Positions 43,217 to 53,038 of a stretch of DNA of 64,000 nucleotides are shown here, piece by piece; the first letter of the stretch is position 1, and every line of letters begins with the position of its first letter. The stretch lies in contig JAYFMW010000006.1 in assembly GCA_042408215.1 (NCBI GenBank), positions 512,001 to 576,000 on the forward strand, written 5' to 3'. This DNA is from Microcoleus sp. (GTDB lineage Bacteria > Cyanobacteriota > Cyanobacteriia > Cyanobacteriales > Microcoleaceae). A model generated the notes under the pieces. It was not told the DNA's origin. It saw only the letters and a program-made list of their open reading frames with translations, and ran no database searches. The position numbers and the translations under genes were made by a program.

Positions 43217-43454
43217 ATAACTTAGGAGTCAACCAACCAGCACTCAAAATCACAGTCAAACCCATAAAAACAATAGACAAACCCCAAGTAATCCGGTTAA
43301 GAGTCGTCTCCGCACTCTTGGCGCTGGTAAACAATTGAGCTTGTCCTCCAATCCCGCCAATGCCATCACCTTTAGGACTGTGCAGCAACACAAAAACCAC
43401 AAGTCCTAAAGCAGACAAAGACCAAATCACTTGTAAAACAGAAACAATATTCAT
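43215..43454 (-). CDS. secG: preprotein translocase subunit SecG
   Basis: VLLHSPKGDGIGGIGG...SAETTLNRITW. Downstream of gpmI. Confidence 0.95.
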   Translation of the reverse strand: MNIVSVLQVIWSLSALGLVVFVLLHSPKGDGIGGIGGQAQLFTSAKSAETTLNRITWGLSIVFMGLTVILSAGWLTPKL

Positions 43455-43544
43455 CAGCGGTAATTGGTAATTGGTAATCGGTAATCAACGATCATATCAA
43501 ATCCGGTCGATCGCGCACAATTTCTGTAGGGACACTCAAGCGTG

Positions 43545-44028
43545 ACCATTCGTCTCAACTTAAACCTAAAACCCTTGATAAATATTGCTTTTAGCTGAGC
43601 CTAGATCCCCCTAAATCCCCCTTAAGAAGGGAGTAGGGTGTGAGTAGGGGGTGACGAAAGATCCCTTTCCGGTTCCCCCCTTCTTAAGGGGAGTAGGGGT
43701 TGAGTAGGGGGCAAGAATGCGGGGGGATCTAGGCTTAATGGTCAAACAGCCATCTGTGACTGGGTTTGAGCTTAAGTTGACACCAATGGGCACGGCGCCG
43801 TGTCCATTAGTAGGGACACTCCAGGAGCCCATAGGTGTCAACTTAAGCCTGAAACCCTTGGTATCTCTTGCTTTTACCTAAGTCTAGATCCCCCTAAATC
43901 CCCCTTAAGAAGGGGGACTTTGAGAAGACTCCTGTCCCCCCCTTCTTAAGGGGGGCTAGGGGGGATCTAGATTTAATAGTCAAACAGCAGTCTCTGACTG
44001 GGTTTGAGCTTAAGTTGACACCAATGGG
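43545..44028. mobile_element. two tandem copies of the 496-707 MITE family (43545-43790, 43828-44028)
   Basis: Same TIRs (left TIR of the first copy is degenerate), same internal CCCCCTT repeat. Each copy is flanked by GTAGGGAC...GTGTCC. Confidence 0.8.
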
Positions 44029-44056
44029 CACTGCCGTGTCCCTACCTTTAGCTTTT

Positions 44057-45658
44057 CTACAACCGCACCCGCACCGGAGTGCGATTAGCGCGAACTTCAA
44101 AATCAGCCGATCGAATCATAGAGCGTCCCGTCATCTCAGGAGGCTGAGGCAACCTCAAAAGCTCCAGAATCGTCGGTGCAATATCAGCCAAACAGCCATC
44201 ATCCCTCAAAGGAACATCCGTTCCGTGAGCCGGAATCTTCAGACCTTCGCCTTCTACTAGAATAAACGGCACCGGGTTAGTAGTGTGAGCCGTCCAAGGA
44301 TTCCCCAGCTCATCGAACATCAACTCAGCATTTCCGTGGTCAGCAATAATAATTGCCGTACCTCCAGCCTTGGTAACGCCAGCCAACAGCCGCCCCAAAC
44401 ATTTATCTACAGTTTCGATCGCAATTACAGTCGCATCCATCATCCCCGTATGGCCCACCATATCCGGGTTAGCGTAGTTAACCACCACAAACGAATAAAT
44501 CCGCTTCTCCAAAGCCATCACCACCACATCCGTCACCTCAGCCGCCGACATTTCCGGCGCTTCATCGTAAGTAGCCACCATCGGACTCTGCACCATTTCC
44601 CGGTCTTCCCCCTCAAAAGGCTCTTCCAGACCCCCATTAAAAAAATAAGTCACATGAGCGTACTTTTCAGTTTCCGCCGTCCGCAACTGCCGCAAACCGT
44701 GTTTAGCAATCACTTCGCCCAGAATATTATTCAAATTCTGCGGTTCAAAAGCCACCAACACCGACGACAACTTCGGGTCATACTGAGTAAAACTCGCAAA
44801 TGTCAGCGGCTCAATTAACTGCCGTTCAAACCCCTTAAAATCGGGTTCCACAAAGGCCTGAGTCAACTCTCTAGCCCTGTCCGGGCGAAAATTAAAGAAA
44901 ATCATCCCATCGCCCGATGCCACCGCTCCGGGCGCAATCCGAGTCGGAATTACAAACTCGTCCGTCACCCCGATCGCATAAGAGGCCTGCAACACCTCAA
45001 CAGCCGATGGACCATCGGTTGCGCCCTCAGTCGTCATCACATCATAAGCGCGCTGCACCCGATCCCAGCGCTTATCGCGATCCATCGCGTAATAGCGCCC
45101 GCTGACGGTAGCAATCCGACCTACCCCTACCTTTTCGATATAACTTTCAATTTTTCCTAGAGCCTCGACACCCTCTTTCGGATTAGTATCGCGGCCATCT
45201 GTGATGGCGTGAATGCAAACCTCAGAAATTCCCTGTGCCTTTGCCAATTCCAGCAGTCCCAAAATATGACTGAGATGGGAATGCACCCCGCCCTCAGAAC
45301 ATAGCCCCGTCAGGTGCAACTTGCCGCCCGTGGCGCGGACTTTTTCGCACAGCCGAACCAGAGCCGGATTGCTCAGCAAAGAACCGTCTTCGACTGCATC
45401 CGAGATCCGCACCAATTCTTGAGGAACCACTCGGCCCGCACCGATATTCAAGTGACCAACCTCGGAGTTGCCCATTTGGCCATCGGGAAGGCCTACGGCT
45501 CTACCAGAAGTGCGAATCAGAGTTCTCGGATAAGCAGCCCAGAGGGAGTCCATCACTGGTGTTTTTGCTGCGGCGATGGCATTTCCGTCTTTTTCTTCAC
45601 GATAACCCCAGCCGTCTAGAATAATCAGCACTACAGGAGATACAGAGGCTTGTGCCAT
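44057..45658 (-). CDS. gpmI: 2,3-bisphosphoglycerate-independent phosphoglycerate mutase
   Basis: ILDGWG, MGNSEVGH, ETEKYAHVT, NPDMVGHTG, ADHGNAE. Confidence 0.97.
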   Translation of the reverse strand: MAQASVSPVVLIILDGWGYREEKDGNAIAAAKTPVMDSLWAAYPRTLIRTSGRAVGLPDGQMGNSEVGHLNIGAGRVVPQELVRISDAVEDGSLLSNPALVRLCEKVRATGGKLHLTGLCSEGGVHSHLSHILGLLELAKAQGISEVCIHAITDGRDTNPKEGVEALGKIESYIEKVGVGRIATVSGRYYAMDRDKRWDRVQRAYDVMTTEGATDGPSAVEVLQASYAIGVTDEFVIPTRIAPGAVASGDGMIFFNFRPDRARELTQAFVEPDFKGFERQLIEPLTFASFTQYDPKLSSVLVAFEPQNLNNILGEVIAKHGLRQLRTAETEKYAHVTYFFNGGLEEPFEGEDREMVQSPMVATYDEAPEMSAAEVTDVVVMALEKRIYSFVVVNYANPDMVGHTGMMDATVIAIETVDKCLGRLLAGVTKAGGTAIIIADHGNAELMFDELGNPWTAHTTNPVPFILVEGEGLKIPAHGTDVPLRDDGCLADIAPTILELLRLPQPPEMTGRSMIRSADFEVRANRTPVRVRL

Positions 45659-46147
45659 GCGAATACCCTATTTACGAATATAATTTTTCAGTTAAGTAGA
45701 CAGATGATATATACGGTGCTATTGTTCGTGGCCCCGAAGCAATGGGAGAACTTTATTGGCTTTTGTTTTTAAGGGCATGAAATTTTCATTCGCTATTAAA
45801 ACGGCAAATTAGCATAATTCACTGTCAGATGTCAAGACTATTGACCGAAAGCAATTTGATCCCTCGCCCCGGATTCATTCCTTCACATCCTGAGCCGGGG
45901 GCCCTGGCTCAGGACGAGAGTAATGCTCAAATCTCAAATCGGCTGACCGTTACGAAAACAATTTTGCATTTGGCCGATCGCCCATGCTTTCATAAGACTG
46001 AGGGCGGATGCAATTCAGCCTTGGAGAACTTGGCAATTTTAAGGCGATCGCATAACATCGAACACAGATCAACTGAGAGCGACAACTGGCTGTACTTGCA
46101 AAGCCTTGTTGGATATATTGAAATAAAGCAGTTAGGGGCGATCGGCA

Positions 46148-47928
46148 ATGCACAAACTTTTATATTTTGCAACTATAGGACTACTAGCTTTCTCGATCGG
46201 AGGATGCGGTGACGGCGGGGGCGGCAACACAGCCAGCCCCAGCCCCAGCCCCGGTGCAACTTCTCCATCACCGACAGCCGCAGCCAGCCCCACCCCAGCA
46301 GCTCAGTCTTTCCCGTCCCCAGTCGTCGCCGCCCAGCCTCCGGGGTTAATTCGATCGACAAACCCGGACGAACGAGCAAAACAGGCTCAAACAGGCATCG
46401 GCGAAAACAAAAACAGCAATCCAACGCTTCCGCCGACGCCGGCGTCACAAAGCCCCCTGACACCAGCCAATCTCCCTCAGATAGACCCCTTTGGGCAACT
46501 TCCGCCGATCGCAGTTCAAACCCCTGCCGGAGTCGCAGCAGGGCCGATGACAGCCAATCCGTTGCCCAAACTGCCACAGCGAGAGGTGGCGATCGTACCC
46601 AAACTGCCCGAGTTCTTGACTCCCCCCCCAATTAACAGGCCTATTCCGACAGCTACTCGCACAAGGCAACCCACAGACCGCCCCAGAGACACTCAGCAAG
46701 TAGCAGGCCGCCCCAGAGACCCTTTACTTCCAGGAGGCAATGGGGCGCAACTTGGCTCGCTGCGGCCAATTCCGGGGCTAAATACTCCTCAGATAGGTCG
46801 CGGTGGCAGAAATGGTTCCTTACCCGGAGGCGAAGGCGCGCAAGTTGGCTCGCCGCGCCAAGTTCCGGGGCTCAATGCTCCGAACTTGGGCCGTCGCCCT
46901 GGACAGCCTGGTTTACCCGGAGGCGAAGGCGCGCAAGTTGGCTCGCCGCGCCAAGTTCCGGGGCTCAATGCTCCGAACTTGGGCCGTCGCCCTGGACAGC
47001 CTGGTTTGCCGGGAGGCGAAGGCGCGCAAGTTGGCTCGCCGCGCCAAGTTCCGGGGCTCAATGCTCCGAACTTGGGCCGTCGCCCTGGACAGCCCGGTTT
47101 GCCGGGAGGCGAAGGCGCGCAAGTTGGCATCCCCGCGCCAAGTTCCGGGGCTCAATGCTCCGAACTTGGGCCGTCGCCCTGGACAGCCTGGTTTGCCGGG
47201 AGGAGATGGAGCGCAAGTTGGCATCCCCGCGCCAAATTCCGGGGCTCAATGCTCCGAACTTGGGCCGCCGTCCAACTTCAACAACAACTACCGGTACGAA
47301 TCCGCAGAATCGCCGTCCAGCACCCCCGCGTCCGCCCCAGCCAATTGCAGCTACACCCCTAGGAGTGCCGAATCTGCCGGCACTACCAGTAGACAAGCGC
47401 CCTCCCCAGTGGAGAGACCCCAATGCCATTCCCAGAAAAGTTACCAGCACTCCTAGCCGTCCAGCTCCCCCGCGTCCGCCCCAGCCAATTGCAGCTAGAC
47501 CCCTAGGTGTTCCGAATCTGCCGGCACTTCCAGTAGACAAGCGCCCGTCCCAGTGGATAGACCCAAATCCCCCGCCTCCTCCGCAGATCCCAGTAGTTCC
47601 TGCGTCGCCTCCACCGCCTTCTACTGACCTCGCTACAGGCACTGAAGTCAGCGGGGTGGTAAAAGTGGGGAATGAGACGCAAGTGATTGTCAGAGTACCG
47701 AATGAACCAACAAGTCGATATGTCAAAGTAGGGCAGCGGTTGTCTAACGGGCAAGTGTTGGTGAAGCGGGTTGATGTCAAGTCAGGAGCAGAGCCGATCG
47801 TGATTCTGGAGGAAAACGGCGTTGAGGTTGCCAAAGGAGTTGGCGAAAAACCCACAAGTCGCGAACCAAAACCGGCCAATGCTGTGATTAGCCGTCTGCT
47901 AAATCCGCATAGCTCAACGCGGCGCTGA
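46148..47928 (+). CDS. proline-rich lipoprotein with 93-bp internal repeats; two +1 shifts (about 47128 and 47223)
   Basis: Lipobox IGGC. Repeat GGEGAQVGSPRQVPGLNAPNLGRRPGQPGLP. Globular C-terminus (VSGVVKVG...RYVKVGQRLSNG) lies in the +2 frame. Confidence 0.75.
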
Positions 47929-48003
47929 ACATTGACAGTAAAGTATGAAAAATGCTCAGGGTGAGAACCTGTAACTTAATTACTGGACAAATCTACCCAT
48001 TGC

Positions 48004-48171
48004 TTACCGTTTGTCCAATTCTTCAATGAGCTCATCCACAATTTTTCTTAACCGTGCTTGCCAGTTAGGGACGGTTTTGAGTTTTTCTCTTACTCCTGGT
48101 AGCACTTTGAACTGCACGGGAACTTTGTCGTATGCCACTTGATTATCTGGTTTGAATTTAGTCTTAGGCAT
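48004..48171 (-). CDS. small basic protein (ribbon-helix-helix-like) divergent from tnpB
   Basis: 55 aa: PVQFKV...VREKLKTVPNWQARLRKIVDELIE. Preceded by GGAG. Confidence 0.55.
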   Translation of the reverse strand: MPKTKFKPDNQVAYDKVPVQFKVLPGVREKLKTVPNWQARLRKIVDELIEELDKR

Positions 48172-48232
48172 TGTCAAAATCTCCAAACATCTGATATACT
48201 AGGCAATATAGCAAACATTGAAGGTCGAATCA

Positions 48233-49351
48233 ATGCTACTTAGCTTCAAGACCCAATTACTCCCCAACAATCAGCAAATAACGGCTTTTCGTAAAGCTTC
48301 TGGTGTTGCGAGACACGCTTACAACTGGGCAAATGCAGTTATTCAGGGTGTATTGGAGGATCGTGAAACTGACAAAACAGTAAAAGTACCATCGGCAATT
48401 GACTTGCATAAGCGATTAGTTGCCGAGGTAAAAACTCTGTATCCTTGGTATTATGAGACTAACAAAAATGTTCCACAAAAAGCACTGGCAGATTTGCGAC
48501 AAGCTTGGGATAGGTGTTTCAAGAAATCTGCCAAAAAACCACGTTTTAAAAAGAAAGGTCAACGCGATTCTTTCTATTTAGAGCAAGGAACTAAGGCAGC
48601 GCCCAAGATTCAAAACGATGGCAAGCATATTAGGCTTCCATCAATTGGTTGGGTACGTCTTGCGGAACCTTTGCCTATTACAGTAGTTCACAACTGCGTG
48701 ATTAGTCGTCAAGCTGACCGATGGTTTGTGGCTATTAAATACGAGATAGAGTTACCTATTGTTGCTGGTGATAGACCTACTGTTGGCGTAGATATCGGGA
48801 TTAAAGAATTGGCAGTTTGTAGTGACGGCAAAGTGTTCTCTAATCCGAAAGCTTACCGACGTATGAGTAAACGTCTTAAACGCTTACAACACCGTGTTAG
48901 CAAGAAAGTCAAAGGTTCTAAGAATCGAATTAAAGCGGTTCGCAAACTAGCTAAATTACACGCTAAAGTCGCAAATATTCGCGCCTTCGCAATTCATAAG
49001 TTAACTAATCACTTAGCCAAAAACCACAGCGAAGTGAGAATTGAAGATTTACACGTAAAGGCGTTTTTGAAAAATCACAAACTAGCCGGTGCGATCGCCG
49101 ATTGTGGAATGTATGAATTTCGCCGCCAGTTAGAATACAAAACTGAAAAGTTTTCGTCTAAATTGATCTTGGTGGATAGATTCTTTCCTAGTTCGCAAAT
49201 CTGCTCTAACTGTGGGAAGCATCGGCACAAAATGCCACTAAAAGACCGCATTTATATCTGTTATGATTGTAGGTACAAAGAAGACAGGGATTTAAATGCG
49301 GCTCGTAATATAGACCGATGGTTTGAGGGTATTTTTATTCCTGAGTCCTGA
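48233..49351 (+). CDS. tnpB: TnpB RNA-guided endonuclease
   Basis: RuvC D-E-D intact (VGVDIG, IEDL, DRDLNAA) and Zn finger CSNC...CYDC. Confidence 0.93.
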   Translation: MLLSFKTQLLPNNQQITAFRKASGVARHAYNWANAVIQGVLEDRETDKTVKVPSAIDLHKRLVAEVKTLYPWYYETNKNVPQKALADLRQAWDRCFKKSAKKPRFKKKGQRDSFYLEQGTKAAPKIQNDGKHIRLPSIGWVRLAEPLPITVVHNCVISRQADRWFVAIKYEIELPIVAGDRPTVGVDIGIKELAVCSDGKVFSNPKAYRRMSKRLKRLQHRVSKKVKGSKNRIKAVRKLAKLHAKVANIRAFAIHKLTNHLAKNHSEVRIEDLHVKAFLKNHKLAGAIADCGMYEFRRQLEYKTEKFSSKLILVDRFFPSSQICSNCGKHRHKMPLKDRIYICYDCRYKEDRDLNAARNIDRWFEGIFIPES

Positions 49352-49600
49352 GCTATGCGTTGGATCAGAAACGGTGAGTTCCACCGAGATTGCTTGTGGA
49401 GCGGACAAACCTCTTAAGAGTCATCTTAAGACCGCTGTGAAGCAGGAAGTTAACACTACGGCCACCTAGGTCCAGCTAAGTCTAAACCTGGGTAGCTTTG
49501 GGTAAGTTTAATAGAACGGATTAAAAAATAGAAGAATTTTCAGCGAGTCTTAGCTTTTGTAAAATCTCTATCACTAATTGAAGTCAAAAGGAGTTTTCCC

Positions 49601-50353
49601 ATGCTCAGTTCAATTCAAAAATTAGGGATTGTGATCTTAGTTGCTTCTTGTATCGGCGGCGCAGCTAATCTGTTCAATCCCCAGCCGTCAATGGCTCAAG
49701 AAAAAGAAGAAGCAAAACCAGAAGAAGGCAAACGCCCTCCCGTCTGTCAAGGAAACCCTCCTACGGGGAGAGTGAAATGTAATTACGAGGGGGCCGATAA
49801 CTACGAGGGAGACTTCGTGAACGGCCTGCCAGACGGCACGGGAGTCTACGTGTACGGTAATGGCGATCGCTACGAAGGACAATTTCGCAAGGGAGTACCC
49901 AATGGCCGAGGGACATTCATTTTTAAGGATGATGCCCGCTACACAGGCGTGTTCCAAGACGGCACGATGAAGTCTGGGACGGTTGTTTTCCCCAACGGCG
50001 AGCGCTATGTCGGAGACTTCGCAGTCGTGATCAACATTCAGACTAAAGTTGTTAGCAGCCAACCCCAAGGGCAGGGTCAATTTTTTTATGCCAATGGCGA
50101 TCGCTACGAAGGACTATTCTTTGCAGGCGCACCCTTTGGCCCAGGGGTATTGGTGCGGGCAGACGGCACTCGCTGCTCTGGCCAGTTTTTTAATAGTGAA
50201 CTTGATGCTAGTGTCTCCTGCACTTTCCCCAACGGTACGCGCTATGAAGGAGAATTGCGAAAGGGAGTGCCTCACGGTGTCGGGACGATGATCGATGCTA
50301 GTGGCCGGCGCTTTCCGGGGGTATTTCGCAACGGCAAGTTCGGAGTTTCGTAA
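49601..50353 (+). CDS. secreted MORN-repeat protein
   Basis: Signal peptide and repeated YEGxFxxGxPxGxG. Confidence 0.92.
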   Translation: MLSSIQKLGIVILVASCIGGAANLFNPQPSMAQEKEEAKPEEGKRPPVCQGNPPTGRVKCNYEGADNYEGDFVNGLPDGTGVYVYGNGDRYEGQFRKGVPNGRGTFIFKDDARYTGVFQDGTMKSGTVVFPNGERYVGDFAVVINIQTKVVSSQPQGQGQFFYANGDRYEGLFFAGAPFGPGVLVRADGTRCSGQFFNSELDASVSCTFPNGTRYEGELRKGVPHGVGTMIDASGRRFPGVFRNGKFGVS

Positions 50354-50452
50354 AGGATAAATTGAGGTTTTCAGGCAACTTTTGACTCCTAATCCGACAA
50401 AAGACAAAGGACAGAAGAAGATATCTAAAAGCGCATAGGAGAATGTTGATTA

Positions 50453-51160
50453 ATGATTTCCCTTTTTAAAACCAGTGGAATCGCTCTATTAGTTGCCTCA
50501 GTGTTGGGAATTGGTAGTTACGCGACTTATCCGTTGCCCTCAATGGCGCAAGAAGCTAAAACTGGTCGCTGCGTTCCCGCTATCGCTACAGGTAGGGTCA
50601 GGTGCGATTACGACAGTGGCGATAGCTACATCGGAGACTTCGTTAATGGTTTGCCCAGTGGCACGGGGGTATATGTATATTCCAGTGGCGATCGCTATGA
50701 GGGGCAGTTCCGTCTCGGCCAGCCAAACGGTCAAGGACAATTTATCTTCAAGGACGACGCCCGCGTTGAAGGCCTATTCCGAGATGGCAAAATCAGCTCT
50801 GGGACAGCTATTTTTGTGAATGGCGATCGCTATGTGGGACCGTTTTCTCTGGATTGGAAGGTGGGTACGCCGACTGGACAGGGGCAATTCATTTTTGCTA
50901 ATGGCGATCGCTTTGTCGGTCAATTTTTGGGGGGCAAGCCTTTAGGTGCGGGGGTGTTCACCCGTGCCGACGGCACTCGGTGTTCGGGACAGTTCTTCAA
51001 TCAAGAACTCGATGCTAGGGGTACTTGCGCGTTCTCCAATGGTATTCGCTATGAGGGAGAGTTCCGCAAGGGATTGCCTCACGGCAAAGGCACTATTATT
51101 GATACCAGTGGCAAACGCTTTCCGGGATTGTTCAAGGACGGTCAGCGGCTGACTCGATAA
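50453..51160 (+). CDS. secreted MORN-repeat protein (tandem paralogue)
   Basis: Same architecture, colinear with the upstream gene. Confidence 0.92.
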   Translation: MISLFKTSGIALLVASVLGIGSYATYPLPSMAQEAKTGRCVPAIATGRVRCDYDSGDSYIGDFVNGLPSGTGVYVYSSGDRYEGQFRLGQPNGQGQFIFKDDARVEGLFRDGKISSGTAIFVNGDRYVGPFSLDWKVGTPTGQGQFIFANGDRFVGQFLGGKPLGAGVFTRADGTRCSGQFFNQELDARGTCAFSNGIRYEGEFRKGLPHGKGTIIDTSGKRFPGLFKDGQRLTR

Positions 51161-51185
51161 ACTGGGAATAAGTGCGATCGGTTAG

Positions 51186-51319
51186 ATCATGTCCGGTTAA
51201 TTACCGGACATAAAAGTTGTTTGTAGTAAAAACGAAGAGTCCTGATTGACTAAAAGCTTTAAGAGAGGACGGTCGTTCTCACTACAAACTCCAGAATGGT
51301 TATATGACCTGACATAATA
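51186..51319. mobile_element. small degenerate MITE-like element
   Basis: ATCATGTCCGGTTA ... TGACCTGACATAAT imperfect TIRs with an internal GTAG...CTAC palindrome. Confidence 0.45.
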
Positions 51320-51466
51320 TTAGTAGGGCCAGGAAGAGGGTTAATCATTTTTGCACAAAACCAGCCCTTGCTAGGTTTTAAATTCACAACTCTTGATAAT
51401 TTATGACCGACGCTTTTTCACCCCAATTGCTAATCTTAAATCTCAACTTAATGGAGACTGTTTGAT

Positions 51467-52087
51467 ATGACAACTACTGCTTCTGCTTCCCCGCAAAAGG
51501 GCCAGTTTCCCTTCGACTTTGCCCCGCAGCCGACTCAAGATGCTGACTTGTTGCGACAACTCGATTTTGTCCCAGGCTTGAAGGAAGTCTTGACTTTGCG
51601 ACAAGTTCACGCTCTGGAACACGCTACCGTTTGGGTACTAGGCCAATCGGTTGGTACGGCAACAGCCAGAGCCGATAATGAATTATTGGGCGGAATGTCT
51701 ACAGACCAAGGATTTTATCTCTACGGCCACGTAAACACTACAAAATTGCGTCACGCAGTACAATCAGCTTTGCAGCGAATCGCCAGCGGTGAGTGGGATT
51801 TAGCAGTCCATCCGCGCTGTGGCACTAATTTGTCGGTGGCCATGCTGCTGACGGCTGGACTTGCTCTTGGCATCAATTTAGCCTTGCCGCGAGGGCCAAT
51901 TTTACAATTTTTGGGTTTGGGTGTGGCGGCGGCGGCGGCGGCTCAGTTAGCGCCTGATGTGGGAGCTCTCGCTCAGCGGTACGTGACAACTGCTATTCCG
52001 TTTAATTTGAGCGTAGTTGATATTTCCATAACCCACGACTTTTGGGGACGCGAAGCTCATTTTGTGCGGGTGCGTTGGGTTGAATAG
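51467..52087 (+). CDS. conserved hypothetical protein (DUF6391-like)
   Basis: RQVHALEHAT and LAVHPRCGTN, followed by two TM helices. Confidence 0.75.
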   Translation: MTTTASASPQKGQFPFDFAPQPTQDADLLRQLDFVPGLKEVLTLRQVHALEHATVWVLGQSVGTATARADNELLGGMSTDQGFYLYGHVNTTKLRHAVQSALQRIASGEWDLAVHPRCGTNLSVAMLLTAGLALGINLALPRGPILQFLGLGVAAAAAAQLAPDVGALAQRYVTTAIPFNLSVVDISITHDFWGREAHFVRVRWVE

Positions 52088-52171
52088 CCGCTCTGTATCA
52101 AGCCCACCTAAACAAACAGAATACCCAGCTCCCCGACTTATTTAAGAAGTCGGGGAGCTAACAGAAAGCTC

Positions 52172-52942
52172 CTAAATACTATCAGGATCTACTCCTAATT
52201 CTCGCAACTTCGCCGCCAATCTTTCAGCGCGTTGGCGCTGCTCATCAGCGTGTTGGCGCTCCACCGCAGCTTGCTGCTCAAGTTCCTGCAACCGAGCTTG
52301 TTCTTCTTTAATCAATTCTTCAACTAATGGCGGAGACAGTATTTCATTTACTGATAATGTCAGATTAGGAAATACTAAAGATACCATTTGTTGCCCAGGC
52401 AAAAAATCTGTCTGCCTATAGATTTCTTCACCTTCAGGAAAGGCTAAAAATCGCACCAGTTGCTTGTTAGGTGTAGGGTCAACAATCACATATTCGGGCA
52501 GGTTAGCTAGTTCGTACTCAGCTCGTTTGATCGCATAATCTGCGCGCCGATTTTGGCTCACTACCTCTATCACTAACAGCGGCTTTTCCTCAAAATCGAG
52601 GATGCCAGCACCAGGTATAGCAGCAGCTTGTTCCAAAAGACTTTGAGTGCAAACAACTACGTCAGGAATGCGGGATGTATCTTCTTCTGTTCTCACTCCT
52701 AGACCTGTTTTTGCTACCAAGTCAAGATTGTGTTCAGCTAGGTAACGCTGCAATTTGTAAACTAAATATTCGCAAATTTTGATGTGTAACACTGTTGCTG
52801 TTGGCAGCGGAATTAATTTGCCTTTGTACAGTTCATATTGTAGCTCGTAATCAGTTTGATAAAATCGGTATTCTTCAAAATTCAAGGTGGGTGAAGTATC
52901 AATTTGCTTTGATTCAACAACTGGCACGACAGATTGAGACAT
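52172..52942 (-). CDS. Uma2-family endonuclease
   Basis: RIPDVVV, LVIEVVS, EYVIVDP and tail AERLAAKLRELGVDP. Confidence 0.92.
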   Translation of the reverse strand: MSQSVVPVVESKQIDTSPTLNFEEYRFYQTDYELQYELYKGKLIPLPTATVLHIKICEYLVYKLQRYLAEHNLDLVAKTGLGVRTEEDTSRIPDVVVCTQSLLEQAAAIPGAGILDFEEKPLLVIEVVSQNRRADYAIKRAEYELANLPEYVIVDPTPNKQLVRFLAFPEGEEIYRQTDFLPGQQMVSLVFPNLTLSVNEILSPPLVEELIKEEQARLQELEQQAAVERQHADEQRQRAERLAAKLRELGVDPDSI

Positions 52943-53038
52943 ATCCTTTCACCGATGTCGATAATATTCTATTATATTCGATTTTAATCTTAACAGTCAA
53001 GCGTTTTTAGATTTTCGATTGAAGAAGGCGAACTTAGC

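Larger units (their letters stand above)
47961..49519 (+). mobile_element. IS607-type non-autonomous element with intact tnpB
   Basis: Left end after CAGG resembles that at 29533. Right end GGGTAGCTTTGGGTAAGTTTAATAGAACGG. Confidence 0.75.

Noticed and set aside
45855..45915. ncRNA in the gpmI-lipoprotein intergenic region
   Set aside because: Only a short hairpin (TCCTGAGCC...GGCTCAGGA) with no family features.
48233..49351. Cas12f/type V effector, or partner of the 42.8-kb omegaRNA
   Set aside because: No CRISPR array. It has its own IS607-type ends, which differ from the IS605-type mini-element.
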